Part shown: one piece after another, positions 19,575 through 28,707 of the stretch
Position numbering within the stretch: position 1 is the stretch's first letter
Layout of the letters: the number at the start of each line of letters is the position of its first letter
Assembly: GCA_017437605.1 (NCBI GenBank)
Contig: JAFRYL010000145.1
Span: 1-54,112, forward strand
Source: Ottowia sp.
GTDB taxonomy: Bacteria; Pseudomonadota; Gammaproteobacteria; Burkholderiales; Burkholderiaceae_C
DNA: 54,112 nucleotides
Direction of reading: 5' to 3'
Made by a program: the position numbers and the translations under genes
Notes under the pieces: generated by a model
The model's database searches: none
Seen by the model: only the letters and a program-made list of their open reading frames with translations
What the model was told of the DNA's origin: nothing

Positions 19575-22412
19575 TCAGTGTGCCTGCGCCCAGTTGGCGC
19601 CTTCGCCGAGTTCGGCGAGGAGGGGCACGCGCAGGGTGGCGACGCTGGCCATGAGTTGCGGAATGTTGGCGCGCACCCAGGGCAGTTCGGCGTCGGGCAC
19701 TTGCAGCACGAGTTCGTCATGCACCTGCATAAGAATGGCGCTGTGCAGCCGCTCGGCGGCAAGGGCGCGGTGGACGGCAATCATGGCGAGTTTGATGAGG
19801 TCGGCGGCGCTGCCCTGCATGGGGGCGTTGATGGCGGCGCGCTCGGCGCCGGCGCGGCGCGCGGCGTTTGCGCTGTGAATTTCGGGGACGGCCAGGCGGC
19901 GGCCAAAGATGGTGTGGACGCAGCCGTGCTCGCGCGCAGCGGCGCGGCAGCGTTCCATGTAGCGGTGGACGCCGGGATAACGCTCAAAATAGCGCTCAAT
20001 ATAGTTAGCGGCGGCGCGTTTTTCTATGCCAAGGCTGCGGGCGAGGCCGAAGCTGCCCATGCCGTAAATCAGTCCAAAGTTAATGGCTTTGGCGGCGCGG
20101 CGCTGTTCGGGGGAAACGTTTTCAGGCGCGGCGCCGAAAATTTCGGCGGCGGTGGCGCGGTGAATATCCTGCCCTTGCTCAAAGGCGCGCAGCAGGGCTT
20201 CGTCTTCAGACAAATGCGCCATGATGCGCAGTTCAATCTGGCTGTAGTCGCAACTGACGATGCGGCTGCCGGGCGGGGCAATGAAGGCGGCGCGAATGCG
20301 GCGGCCTTCGGGCGTGCGCACGGGAATGTTTTGCAGATTGGGTTCGTTGCTGGCAAGGCGCCCAGTGACGGCGACAGCCTGCGCGTAGTTGGTGTGAATA
20401 CGCGCGCTTGCGTCCTGCATGTGCGGGAGTTTGTCGGTGTAGGTGCTTTTGAGCTTGGCGAGCGCGCGGTGTTCCAGTATGCGCGCGGGCAGGGGAAAGT
20501 CGGCGGCGAGGGTTTCCAGCACTTCTTCATCAGTGCTGGGGCGGCCTGTGGAGGTTTTTTTGGTGACGGGCAGCCCCAGCTTGTCAAAAAAGATTTCGCC
20601 GATTTGTTTGGGGCTGCCGAGGTTGAATTGCTGGCCGGCGAGCTGCCACGCCTGCAGCTGCAGCTCGTTCATGCGTGTGCCGAGTTCGGCGCTGTGCTGC
20701 TGGAGGGCGGCGGTGTCAATGAGGACGCCGAGGCGCTCCATGTCAAACAGCACGCCAGCGGTGGCGATTTCCAGCGCGTAAATACGGCGCAGGTTTTCAC
20801 TTTCGGCAATCTGCGGCCAAAGCGCCTGATGCACGGCGAGGGTTTGCTCGGCGTCTTCGCACGCATAGTGCGCGGCATCTTCTATGGCAATGCTGGCAAA
20901 AGGTTTTTGCTGCGCGCCGCGTCCGCACAAGTCTTCATAACTCGTGCCGCTGCGCCCAAGGTGGCGCTCGGCCAGACTTTGCAGGCTGTGCGGCAGGTGC
21001 GCTTCCAGCACGTAGCTTTGCAGCATGGTGTCGTGAACAAAGCCGGCGGTTTTCAGTCCACAGTTGGCAAAAACGTGGCGGTCGTATTTGAAGTTTTGTC
21101 CGAGTTTTGCTTTTTCCGGGTCGGCAAGCCACGGGGCGAGGCGCTGCAAAACCTGTTCGGCGGGCAGTTGCCCGTCAAGCAGAACGCCAAAATCGTCAAC
21201 ATGTCCAAGGGGAATATAGGCGGTTTCAAATGGCGCAACGCTGACGGAAAGCCCGACGATGCGCGCGCGCATGGCATCAAGCGAGTCAGTTTCCGTGTCT
21301 ATGGCAACAAGTGGCGCGGCGCTGATTTTTTGCATCCATGCGTCAAAAGTTTCCCAGTCCTGAATGCTGCAGTAGCGCGGTTCGCCGCTTTCCGGCGGCT
21401 CTTTTGGCAGTGCGTCGGCAGCGGCGGGGCGCTCGGCCAGCAGCGCGTCCAGCAGCGGGGCAGGCGGGGCGGCTTCGTCGGCAGCGTCAAACAAATCAGC
21501 GGGCGGCGCGGCAGGTTTGGGCGCGCGCTTTGCGGCGGCTTTTTTCGCCGCGCCGCGAAAGCCGTATTGCTGGTAGAAGGCGGCCAGCCCCTCTTTATTT
21601 TCAGGCTGCAGCGCCAGTTCGGACAGGGCGGGCAAACCCTGCACGTCGTTGCGGATTTTGAGCAGTTCGCGCGCCTTGGGCAGCCAGTCAAGCGCGGCGC
21701 GCAGCCGCTCGCCCGCCGCGCCCTTGATGTTGCCCGCGTGTTCCACCAGTGCCTGCAGTGAGCCGTATTCGGCCAGCCACTTGGTGGCGGTTTTGGGGCC
21801 GACTTTTTCCACGCCGGGAATGTTGTCCACGGCATCGCCCACGAGGGTTTGCCAGTCCAGCATGAGGGCGGGGGGCACGCCGAACTCCTCCTGCACGCCC
21901 GCTTCGTCGCGGAGTTTGCCGCTCATGGTGTCCATGATGGTGATGTGCGGTGTGACGAGCTGCGCGAGGTCCTTGTCGCCGCTGGAAATCACCACGTCCA
22001 GCCCCTGCGCGGCGGCTGCGTGCGCGAGGGTGGCGAGCACGTCGTCGGCCTCCACGCCGGGCACGGCGAGCAGCGGCCAACCGAGCAGGCGCACGAGTTC
22101 ATGCACGGGCGCAATCTGGCTGCGCAGCTCGTCGGGCATGGGTTTGCGCGTGGCCTTGTAGTCCGCATACAGCCCGTGGCGGAAGGTGGGGCCGTGGGCG
22201 TCAAAGACGCAGGCGCCGTGCGGCACGTCGGCGAATTGCTTGCGCAGCGCGCCGAGCATGTTCAACATGCCGCGCACCGCGCCCGTGGGCTGGCTGCTGG
22301 GGTCGGACGGGTCGGCGCGCAGGTCGGGCAGGGCGTGAAAGGCGCGGTAGAGGTAGCTGGACGCATCAACCAGCAGCAGCGCAGGGGCGGTATTTATGCG
22401 CGCATTGTGCAT
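19575..22412 (-). CDS. polA: DNA polymerase I
   Basis: LLVDASSYLYRAFHA, DTET exonuclease motif, DYSQIELR, AKAINFGLIYG, QVHDEL. Confidence 0.97.
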   Translation of the reverse strand: MHNARINTAPALLLVDASSYLYRAFHALPDLRADPSDPSSQPTGAVRGMLNMLGALRKQFADVPHGACVFDAHGPTFRHGLYADYKATRKPMPDELRSQIAPVHELVRLLGWPLLAVPGVEADDVLATLAHAAAAQGLDVVISSGDKDLAQLVTPHITIMDTMSGKLRDEAGVQEEFGVPPALMLDWQTLVGDAVDNIPGVEKVGPKTATKWLAEYGSLQALVEHAGNIKGAAGERLRAALDWLPKARELLKIRNDVQGLPALSELALQPENKEGLAAFYQQYGFRGAAKKAAAKRAPKPAAPPADLFDAADEAAPPAPLLDALLAERPAAADALPKEPPESGEPRYCSIQDWETFDAWMQKISAAPLVAIDTETDSLDAMRARIVGLSVSVAPFETAYIPLGHVDDFGVLLDGQLPAEQVLQRLAPWLADPEKAKLGQNFKYDRHVFANCGLKTAGFVHDTMLQSYVLEAHLPHSLQSLAERHLGRSGTSYEDLCGRGAQQKPFASIAIEDAAHYACEDAEQTLAVHQALWPQIAESENLRRIYALEIATAGVLFDMERLGVLIDTAALQQHSAELGTRMNELQLQAWQLAGQQFNLGSPKQIGEIFFDKLGLPVTKKTSTGRPSTDEEVLETLAADFPLPARILEHRALAKLKSTYTDKLPHMQDASARIHTNYAQAVAVTGRLASNEPNLQNIPVRTPEGRRIRAAFIAPPGSRIVSCDYSQIELRIMAHLSEDEALLRAFEQGQDIHRATAAEIFGAAPENVSPEQRRAAKAINFGLIYGMGSFGLARSLGIEKRAAANYIERYFERYPGVHRYMERCRAAAREHGCVHTIFGRRLAVPEIHSANAARRAGAERAAINAPMQGSAADLIKLAMIAVHRALAAERLHSAILMQVHDELVLQVPDAELPWVRANIPQLMASVATLRVPLLAELGEGANWAQAH

Positions 22413-22430
22413 GGGCGGGCGGGTCGGGAT

Positions 22431-22467
22431 AAAAAAACCGCCCAGAGCGTGGAGCTTCTGGGCGGTT
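22431..22467 (-). terminator. Intrinsic terminator downstream of tRNA-Ser
   Basis: ACCGCCCAGA...TCTGGGCGGT stem followed by a T-run on the minus strand. Confidence 0.75.
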
Positions 22468-22473
22468 GGCGTT

Positions 22474-22566
22474 TGGCGGAGACAGAGGGATTCGAACCCT
22501 CGATGGAGCTCTACACCCCATACTCCCTTAGCAGGGGAGCACCTTCGGCCACTCGGTCATGTCTCC
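22474..22566 (-). tRNA. tRNA-Ser (anticodon GCT)
   Basis: GGAGACA acceptor stem, CTCCC-CTGCTAA-GGGAG anticodon arm, long variable arm, GGTTCGAATCC T-loop, encoded CCA. Confidence 0.95.
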
Positions 22567-22585
22567 GTGCGAGGAAAGGGGCGCA

Positions 22586-23866
22586 TTATGCCAGTTTTCC
22601 GCCGCCTGGTTGGTCAAGGCCGAACGCCTGGTGCAGCGCGCGCACGGCAAGCTCGGTGTATTTCTCGTCCACGACGACAGAAATCTTGATTTCGCTGGTG
22701 GAAATCATCTGGATGTTGATGCCTTCTTCGCTCAGCGTGCGGAACATGGTGCTGGCCACGCCCGCGTGGCTGCGCATGCCGATGCCAACCAGGCTGACTT
22801 TGCAGATGTGCTTGTCGCTGATGAGCGTGGCGCCGAGGGCGGGGAGAACATTTTCCTGCAGCAGGGCGCAGGCGCGGTCGCATTCGCTGCGCGCCACAGT
22901 GAAGGAGAAGTCCGCGCGCCCGTCTTTGCCGACGTTCTGGATGACCACGTCCACCTCAATGCCTGCGGCGGCCACAGCGCCGAGGATTTGCGCGGCGGTG
23001 CCGGGCTTGTCGGGCACACCCATGACGGCAATCTTGGCTTCGTCGCGGCTGTAGGCGATGCCGGAGATAAGGGCTTTTTCCATTTTTTCGTCTTCCTCAA
23101 AGGTAATCAGGGTGCCCGAGCGGGCTTCTTCGTTGATGTCGATGTCCCAGGGGGTGAAGCTGGAGAGCACGCGCACGGGCACGCGGTATTTGCCGGCGAA
23201 CTCCACGGAGCGGATTTGCAGCACTTTGCTGCCGAGGCTGGCGAGTTCGAGCATTTCCTCAAAGCTCACGGAGTGCAGGCGCTGCGCTTCGGGGACGATG
23301 CGCGGGTCGGTGGTATAGACGCCGTCCACGTCGGTGTAAATCAGGCATTCGTCGGCGCCCAGGGCTGCGGCCATCGCCACGGCGGAGGTGTCCGAGCCGC
23401 CGCGCCCAAGGGTGGTGATGTTGTTGTTCTCGTCAATGCCCTGAAAACCGGTGACGATGACGACGCGCCCGGCGGCGAGGTCGGCGCGCACGCGCTCGCC
23501 ATCAATGCTTTCAATGCGCGCTTTGGTGTAGGCGCTGTCGGTGCGCACGGGCACCTGCCAGCCGGTGTAGCTGACGGCGGGCTGGCCGAGCGCCTGCAGC
23601 GCAATGGCCAGCAGCGCGGACGATGCCTGCTCGCCCGTGGCGGCGAGTGCGTCCTGCTCGCGCAGGTAGGCCTCGTCAGTCACGCCAGCGGGCGCCAGCT
23701 CCTTGGCCAGCGCCAGCAGGCGGTTGGTTTCGCCGCTCATGGCGCTGGGCACCACGACCATCTGATGGCCGGCGCGCACCCACTTGGCGACGCGCCGCGC
23801 GACGTTGGCGATGCGTTCGGTGGACCCCATGGAGGTGCCGCCGTATTTGTGAACGATGAGTGCCAT
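22586..23866 (-). CDS. lysC: Aspartate kinase
   Basis: MALIVHKYGGTSMG, TTLGRGGSDTSA, YTDVDGVYTTDPR, ACT domains, ISTSEIKISV. Confidence 0.95.
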   Translation of the reverse strand: MALIVHKYGGTSMGSTERIANVARRVAKWVRAGHQMVVVPSAMSGETNRLLALAKELAPAGVTDEAYLREQDALAATGEQASSALLAIALQALGQPAVSYTGWQVPVRTDSAYTKARIESIDGERVRADLAAGRVVIVTGFQGIDENNNITTLGRGGSDTSAVAMAAALGADECLIYTDVDGVYTTDPRIVPEAQRLHSVSFEEMLELASLGSKVLQIRSVEFAGKYRVPVRVLSSFTPWDIDINEEARSGTLITFEEDEKMEKALISGIAYSRDEAKIAVMGVPDKPGTAAQILGAVAAAGIEVDVVIQNVGKDGRADFSFTVARSECDRACALLQENVLPALGATLISDKHICKVSLVGIGMRSHAGVASTMFRTLSEEGINIQMISTSEIKISVVVDEKYTELAVRALHQAFGLDQPGGGKLA

Positions 23867-23989
23867 ACGTTGTTGTTGCTTTGTTGTAGGGGAAAGAGCG
23901 CCCGCCGCATGTGGCGCGCGGGCGGCGCGCGATTGTATGCTGCGCTGCGGCAAAGGCGCGGAAGGTGCGGCGTTTTTGTCAGTGTGCAG

Positions 23990-24048
23990 CAGTATGTGTT
24001 GCTTGCCGGCATAAGAAGCCGGCAAGCAAGTGTGGATTGGAGGCGTAT
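23990..24048. repeat. GCCGGC-core element E12 (short/long)
   Basis: CAGTAT-N9-GCCGGC-ATAAGAA-GCCGGC-N19-GCGTAT. Confidence 0.9.
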
Positions 24049-24063
24049 CGCAAAAAAGTGCCT

Positions 24064-24711
24064 TCACTTCGCGCCAGCGGCGCGCAGCATTTGGGCGGTG
24101 GCGGTGTGCCTTTGCCACGTGGCGAGCGTCAGCGCGGTGGCGCCTTTCTTGTCGGTGGCGTTGATGTCGGCGCCTTTTTCAATGAGCATGCGCGCGGTGT
24201 CGGTGTTCCCCATGAGTGCAGCGTACATGAGGGGCGTCCAGCCCGTTTTTGTTGTGGCGTGAATGTTTGCGCCTCGTTCAATGAGAAAGCGGGCGGTGGC
24301 AGTTTGTCCCGTGCTTGCGGCGTTCATCAGGGCAGTGTTGCCGTCTTTGTTTGCGGCGTTGACATTGGCGCCCCTGTCCAGCAACAGGCGGGCGGTGTCG
24401 GTGTGACCGCCTTGCACGGTAATCATCAGCGCGGTGCCGCCGCCAACGGTGGTGGCGTTGGGTTTTGCGCCCCTGTCCAGCAGCAGGTGCACGGTGTCGG
24501 TGTGCCCATCCTTCGCGGCGTGCATGAGGGGCGTCCAGCCGTATTCGTCGGAGACTTTGGGGCTGGCGCCTTGGTCAAGGAGGGCGCGGACGGTGGCGGT
24601 CTGCCCTTCGCCTGCGGCGCGCAGGAGTGCCTGCTTGCTTGCGGTGTCGGTGGTGGCGCAGGCGCTGAGCAGGGCAGCAAGCACAAGGGCGGGGAACAGC
24701 AGTTTTTTCAT
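24064..24711 (-). CDS. Ankyrin-repeat lipoprotein ANK3 (~6 repeats)
   Basis: MKKLL..LLSAC lipobox; ankyrin repeats; ends LRAAGAK. Confidence 0.92.
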   Translation of the reverse strand: MKKLLFPALVLAALLSACATTDTASKQALLRAAGEGQTATVRALLDQGASPKVSDEYGWTPLMHAAKDGHTDTVHLLLDRGAKPNATTVGGGTALMITVQGGHTDTARLLLDRGANVNAANKDGNTALMNAASTGQTATARFLIERGANIHATTKTGWTPLMYAALMGNTDTARMLIEKGADINATDKKGATALTLATWQRHTATAQMLRAAGAK

Positions 24712-24723
24712 GCCGTTTTGCAT

Positions 24724-24782
24724 GGGTATTGTGTGGCTGCCGGCTTGATAAGCCGGCGACCGAATGACGTTGAATGCGGTAT
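24724..24782. repeat. GCCGGC-core element E13 (short/long)
   Basis: GGGTAT-N9-GCCGGC-TTGATAA-GCCGGC-N19-CGGTAT. Confidence 0.9.
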
Positions 24783-24795
24783 GCGAAGAAAACCT

Positions 24796-25530
24796 TTATT
24801 TCTTCGCGCGCTTCGCGCCCTTCGCGCCGGCGGCCTTGAGCATCTTGACGATGGTGGTGTGCCCGTTGGCCTGGGCGATGTCCAGCGCGGTGCGGCCAGC
24901 GGCTTTGCCTTTGGTGACGACGGCGTTGACCTTGGCGCCTTTGTCAAGCAGCAGGCGCACGGTGTCAGCGTGCCCCTGCAATGCAGCGATGGTCAGCGCG
25001 GTGGCGCCCTTGTCGTTGGCGGCGTTGACGTTTGCGCCGTTTTCAAGCAGCAGGCGGGCGGTGTCGGTGTGGCCGCTGGCGGCGGCGGCCATCAGCGCGG
25101 TGCTGCCGTCCTTGTAGGCGGCGCCAACCTGCGCGCCTTTTTCAAGGAGCAGGCGCACGGTGTCAGTGCGGCCATTGCCCGCCGCGCCCATGAGCGCGGT
25201 GAAGCCGTCGCCCTTGTCGGCGCCCACCTGCGCGCCCTTGTCAAGGAGGTTCTGGACGATGTCGGTGTGGCCGCGACCAGCCGCGAGCATGAGTGCGGTG
25301 AGGCCTTCGCCATCAGCAGCGTTGGCATCGGCGCCGGCGTCCAGCAGGCAGCGCACGTTGGCGGCGTCGCCTTCCTTGGCGTCGTGCAGCAGCGCGCTGT
25401 TGGCATCGCTGCCTTCGGCGATGTTGCACTGCGCGGCGGCGCTGGTGGCGCTGTCCTGCACGGTGCCGTTGGTGACGCAGCCGGCAAGCAGCGCCGAGAG
25501 CAGCAGGGCGGGGAGCAGGTGGTGTTTCAT
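24796..25530 (-). CDS. Ankyrin-repeat lipoprotein ANK4 (~6 repeats)
   Basis: LLAGC lipobox; ankyrin repeats; ends LKAAGAKGAKRAKK. Confidence 0.92.
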   Translation of the reverse strand: MKHHLLPALLLSALLAGCVTNGTVQDSATSAAAQCNIAEGSDANSALLHDAKEGDAANVRCLLDAGADANAADGEGLTALMLAAGRGHTDIVQNLLDKGAQVGADKGDGFTALMGAAGNGRTDTVRLLLEKGAQVGAAYKDGSTALMAAAASGHTDTARLLLENGANVNAANDKGATALTIAALQGHADTVRLLLDKGAKVNAVVTKGKAAGRTALDIAQANGHTTIVKMLKAAGAKGAKRAKK

Positions 25531-25554
25531 GCTGGTTTCCTAGGTTGATTGAAG

Positions 25555-25613
25555 GGGTATTGTGTGGTCGCCGGCTTATGAAGCCGGCGATTGTGTGCAG
25601 ATTGGCATTGTAT
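25555..25613. repeat. GCCGGC-core element E14 (short/long)
   Basis: GGGTAT-N9-GCCGGC-TTATGAA-GCCGGC-N19-TTGTAT. Confidence 0.9.
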
Positions 25614-25625
25614 TGCCAAATCGTC

Positions 25626-26537
25626 TCATTCCTTCGCGCCGGCGGCGCGCAGTATTTTCACGATTTCCGGGTGCTTTGAGTCCTTGGCGGCGTCCAGCGC
25701 CGTGGCGCCGGTGAGCTTGCCTTTGGTGACGCGGGCATTCACGTTGGCACCGCTGGCGATGAGCAGGCGCACGATGTCGGCGTGCCCCGCCACCGCTGCA
25801 ACCATCAGTGCGGTGCCGCCGCTCGGGTTGGCGGCGTTGACGTTGGCGCCCTTTTCAATGAGCAGGCGGGCAATGTCGGTGTGGCCGTTTTCCGCCGCGC
25901 CAAAGAGTGCGGTGGAGCCGTTGAGAAGGGTGGCGTTGACGTTGGCGCCGTTGTCAAGCAGCAGGCGCACGATGTCGGTGTTGCCGTACCAGGTGGCCGC
26001 CGTGAGCGGGAGGGCGCCGCCAGCTTTGTCGGCGGCGTTGACATTGGCGCCTTTCGCTATGAGCAGGCGGGCGATGTCGGTGTACCCCCGGCCCGCCGCC
26101 CAGAGCAGCGGTGTGCTGCCGACGGCTTTGCCGCTGGTGAGGGCGACGTTGGTATTGGCGCCCCGCTCAAGGAGCAGGCGGACGATGTCGGTGCTGCCGC
26201 TTATCGTCGCAGTCGTCAGCGCGGTGTAGCCGTTTTTGTCGGTGGCGTTCACCTGCGCGCCCCGCTCAACAAGGTTTTGCACGATGGCGGTGTGCCTCTG
26301 GCTGGCGGCGAACATGAGCGCGGTGCTTCCGTTCCCGTCGGCTTCGTTGACGTTGACGCCGGCGTCCAGCAGGCAGCGCACGTTGGCCGCATCGCCCGAG
26401 CGCGCGGAATACAGCAGCGGCGTGGAGGCGAGCTTGTCCGTCTTGGCGCTGCAGGACGTGCCCTGCACCGTGCCATCGGTGGCGCAGGCAGTCAGCAACG
26501 CCGAGAGCACAAGCGTGGGGAAAAGAGCTTTTTTCAT
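25626..26537 (-). CDS. Ankyrin-repeat lipoprotein ANK5 (~8 repeats)
   Basis: LLTAC lipobox; ankyrin repeats; ends LRAAGAKE. Confidence 0.92.
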   Translation of the reverse strand: MKKALFPTLVLSALLTACATDGTVQGTSCSAKTDKLASTPLLYSARSGDAANVRCLLDAGVNVNEADGNGSTALMFAASQRHTAIVQNLVERGAQVNATDKNGYTALTTATISGSTDIVRLLLERGANTNVALTSGKAVGSTPLLWAAGRGYTDIARLLIAKGANVNAADKAGGALPLTAATWYGNTDIVRLLLDNGANVNATLLNGSTALFGAAENGHTDIARLLIEKGANVNAANPSGGTALMVAAVAGHADIVRLLIASGANVNARVTKGKLTGATALDAAKDSKHPEIVKILRAAGAKE

Positions 26538-26549
26538 GGTGTTTTCCTT

Positions 26550-26608
26550 GGGTATGTAATGCTTGCCGGCTTGATAAGCCGACGACAAAGTGATGATTGA
26601 TGTGGTAT
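26550..26608. repeat. GCCGGC-core element E15 (short/long)
   Basis: GGGTAT-N9-GCCGGC-TTGATAA-GCCGAC-N19-TGGTAT. Confidence 0.88.
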
Positions 26609-26621
26609 TGCTAAAAACGCC

Positions 26622-27101
26622 TCATTTTTTTGCGCCAGCGGCGCGCAGGATTTTCACGATTTCGGTGTGTCCTTCGGCTTGGGCGAAGTCCAGCGCGGTA
26701 TGCCCTTGCGTGGTGGCTGCGTTGAGATCGGCGCCGCTGGCAATGAGCAGGCGGACGGTATCGCTCTGTCCCCACATTGCCGCGAACATCAGCGCGGTTT
26801 CGCCAGTCTTGCGGGAGGCGTTGACCTGAGCGCCCTTTTCAATGAGCAGGCGGGTGGTGTCGGAGGGGCATAAGGTGAGCGCAGCGCTCATAAGCGCGGT
26901 GTCGCCGTTCTCGTCGGCAGCGTTGACGTCCGCGCCCTTCTCAATGAGCAGGCGAATGGTGTTGTTGTCGCACATGAGCACTGCCTGCATCAGCGCGGAG
27001 GTGCCAGACGCGCCGCCGCTGCTGCCCTGCGCGGTGCCGGTGGTGGCGCAGGCGGTGAGTAGCGCCGAGAGCAGCAGGACGGGGAGCAGATGTTTATTCA
27101 T
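26622..27101 (-). CDS. Ankyrin-repeat lipoprotein ANK6 (~4 repeats)
   Basis: LLTAC lipobox; ankyrin repeats; ends LRAAGAKK. Confidence 0.9.
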   Translation of the reverse strand: MNKHLLPVLLLSALLTACATTGTAQGSSGGASGTSALMQAVLMCDNNTIRLLIEKGADVNAADENGDTALMSAALTLCPSDTTRLLIEKGAQVNASRKTGETALMFAAMWGQSDTVRLLIASGADLNAATTQGHTALDFAQAEGHTEIVKILRAAGAKK

Positions 27102-27112
27102 AGAATTTGATG

Positions 27113-27171
27113 AGGTATTGATTGCTTGCCGGCTTGATAAGCCGGCGATGAAATGTATTATCAATGGGTAT
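27113..27171. repeat. GCCGGC-core element E16 (short/long)
   Basis: AGGTAT-N9-GCCGGC-TTGATAA-GCCGGC-N19-GGGTAT. Confidence 0.9.
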
Positions 27172-27238
27172 CAACTTGTTCCGGCATCACAAAACGCAAG
27201 AACGCAGCCCGTCGGTGCGGGGGAATGTATACGAGCTT

Positions 27239-28219
27239 TCACTCCGCTGCGGGTGCCCACCGCAGCACCTCCCCCACACGCTGCACGTAGCCGTTGCCGA
27301 CTTTGAGGTGAATGTGGTGGCCGCGCGTGCGGCAGGCGGCGATGAGGCGCAGCAGTTCGTCCAGTTGTGCGCTGCTCGGTGTGGCGCCGGGCAGGGTGCT
27401 GAGCCAAAAGCGCAGGGCGCCCGCCTGGCGCGCGGGGGAGAGCTGCTGCAGCGCGGCGATACGGGGCGGGGTGCCGGTGGTGTGCAGGTCCTGCGCGGCG
27501 ATTTCGCCCAGTACTTCTTGCGCCTGCGCTGCGTGGGCGGCGCTGCGCGCAAAGGTGGTGCGAAAGTGCGGGAATGCCTCGTCCAGCGCGGGGAGCAGCC
27601 GCGCGCGAATGCGGTTGCGGGTGTAGCGCGTGTCGGTGTTGCTTGGGTCTTCCACCCACGTTGCGCCGCGCTCGCGCAGCCAGTGGCGAATGTCGGCGCC
27701 GGGCACGTCCAGCAAAGGGCGCACGCAGTGCAGCGCGCCGCGCTGCCAGTGCGCGGGCATGGCCGCCAGCCCGGGCAGGCCCGCGCCGCGCGTGAGGGCG
27801 AGCAGCAAGGTTTCCACTTGGTCGTCGGCATGGTGCGCGAGCGCGAGGGTGCGCACGCCGCTGGCGGCGGCAAGCTGGTCAAAGGCGGCGTAGCGCGCGG
27901 CGCGCGCGGCGGCTTCTGTGCTCTGCCCGCGTGCGGCGTTCACCTGCACGCGCTGCACGCGCAGCGGTACACCAAGCCGCTGGCAGCAAGCGGCGCAGTG
28001 GCGTTCAAAATCATCAGCGGCGGCTTGCAGGCCGTGGTGGATGTGCCATGCTTCAAGCTGCCCCGGCCAATGCGCGGCGCAGGCAAGCAGCAGCGCGGTG
28101 GAGTCCGCCCCGCCGCTGTAGGCGACAGCCAGCGGCAGCGCGGGCGCGCTTGCGACAAAAACGTGCATGGCCGCGTCTACGCGGCGGGCGGCTGTGCGTT
28201 CTTTGACAGTTGCAGGCAT
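27239..28219 (-). CDS. tilS: tRNA(Ile)-lysidine synthetase
   Basis: AVAYSGGADS PP-loop, EAAARAARY, AHHADDQVET, DPSN..RNRIR; start uncertain. Confidence 0.92.
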   Translation of the reverse strand: MPATVKERTAARRVDAAMHVFVASAPALPLAVAYSGGADSTALLLACAAHWPGQLEAWHIHHGLQAAADDFERHCAACCQRLGVPLRVQRVQVNAARGQSTEAAARAARYAAFDQLAAASGVRTLALAHHADDQVETLLLALTRGAGLPGLAAMPAHWQRGALHCVRPLLDVPGADIRHWLRERGATWVEDPSNTDTRYTRNRIRARLLPALDEAFPHFRTTFARSAAHAAQAQEVLGEIAAQDLHTTGTPPRIAALQQLSPARQAGALRFWLSTLPGATPSSAQLDELLRLIAACRTRGHHIHLKVGNGYVQRVGEVLRWAPAAE

Positions 28220-28313
28220 GATGCACAAGGGTACGGCGTGCGGCGCTCTTGCGCCAGCGCGCAGCAGGCCGCATATGGGCGGCGTTTTTCTCCGATGCGA
28301 AAGGGCACTGGCG

Positions 28314-28610
28314 ATGGGGAAGCTGGTGCGTTTGTGGAAACTGGCCGGACGGCAGGCGCGGCTGGCGTGGGCGGTGCTGCGCGACGCGCGCACGCCGTGG
28401 AGCGCCAAGGCTGCCACAGTGTTTGCGCTGCTCTACGTGCTGGTGCCTGCCGATGTGGTCACAGACTTTATGCCCGTGCTCGGCTGGCTGGACGACGGGC
28501 TGGTGGTCTACATCCTGCTGCAACTCGCGTTCAAACTGCTGCCGCCGGAACTCTACGAGAGCGTGCGCGTGAAGGTGGAGCAGCGCGGCAAGGCGGCGCC
28601 AAGCAATTGA
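28314..28610 (+). CDS. YkvA/DUF1232 family membrane protein
   Basis: ALLYVLVPADVVTDFMPVLGWLDD motif. Confidence 0.8.
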   Translation: MGKLVRLWKLAGRQARLAWAVLRDARTPWSAKAATVFALLYVLVPADVVTDFMPVLGWLDDGLVVYILLQLAFKLLPPELYESVRVKVEQRGKAAPSN

Positions 28611-28678
28611 TACTCCTTGACATATGCAGCAATCGCCGGCTACATAAGCCGGCGATTGTGTTTTATATGCTTGGGTAT
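28610..28678. repeat. GCCGGC-core element E17 (long/long)
   Basis: ATACTC-N19-GCCGGC-TACATAA-GCCGGC-N19-GGGTAT; starts on the last base of a TGA stop. Confidence 0.9.
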
Positions 28679-28707
28679 GCTGTTTTTCAAGGGGAACGCG
28701 GCGCGCG

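Noticed and set aside
19554-21761. Long antisense ORFs (e.g. 735 aa opposite polA, 579 aa opposite ALDH, 545 aa opposite ankyrins)
   Set aside because: Shadow ORFs of GC-rich coding strands with no recognisable motifs
22474-22566. tRNA-Ser as an integration site for an island
   Set aside because: No integrase and no duplicated tRNA 3' end seen; flanked by lysC and polA
23990-27171. CRISPR array interpretation of the recurring GCCGGC repeats
   Set aside because: Copies are separated by whole genes, are not identical, and no cas genes are present
27166-27190. Extra half-element after E16 (GGGTAT..TCCGGC)
   Set aside because: Spacing is 8 rather than 9 and there is no second core
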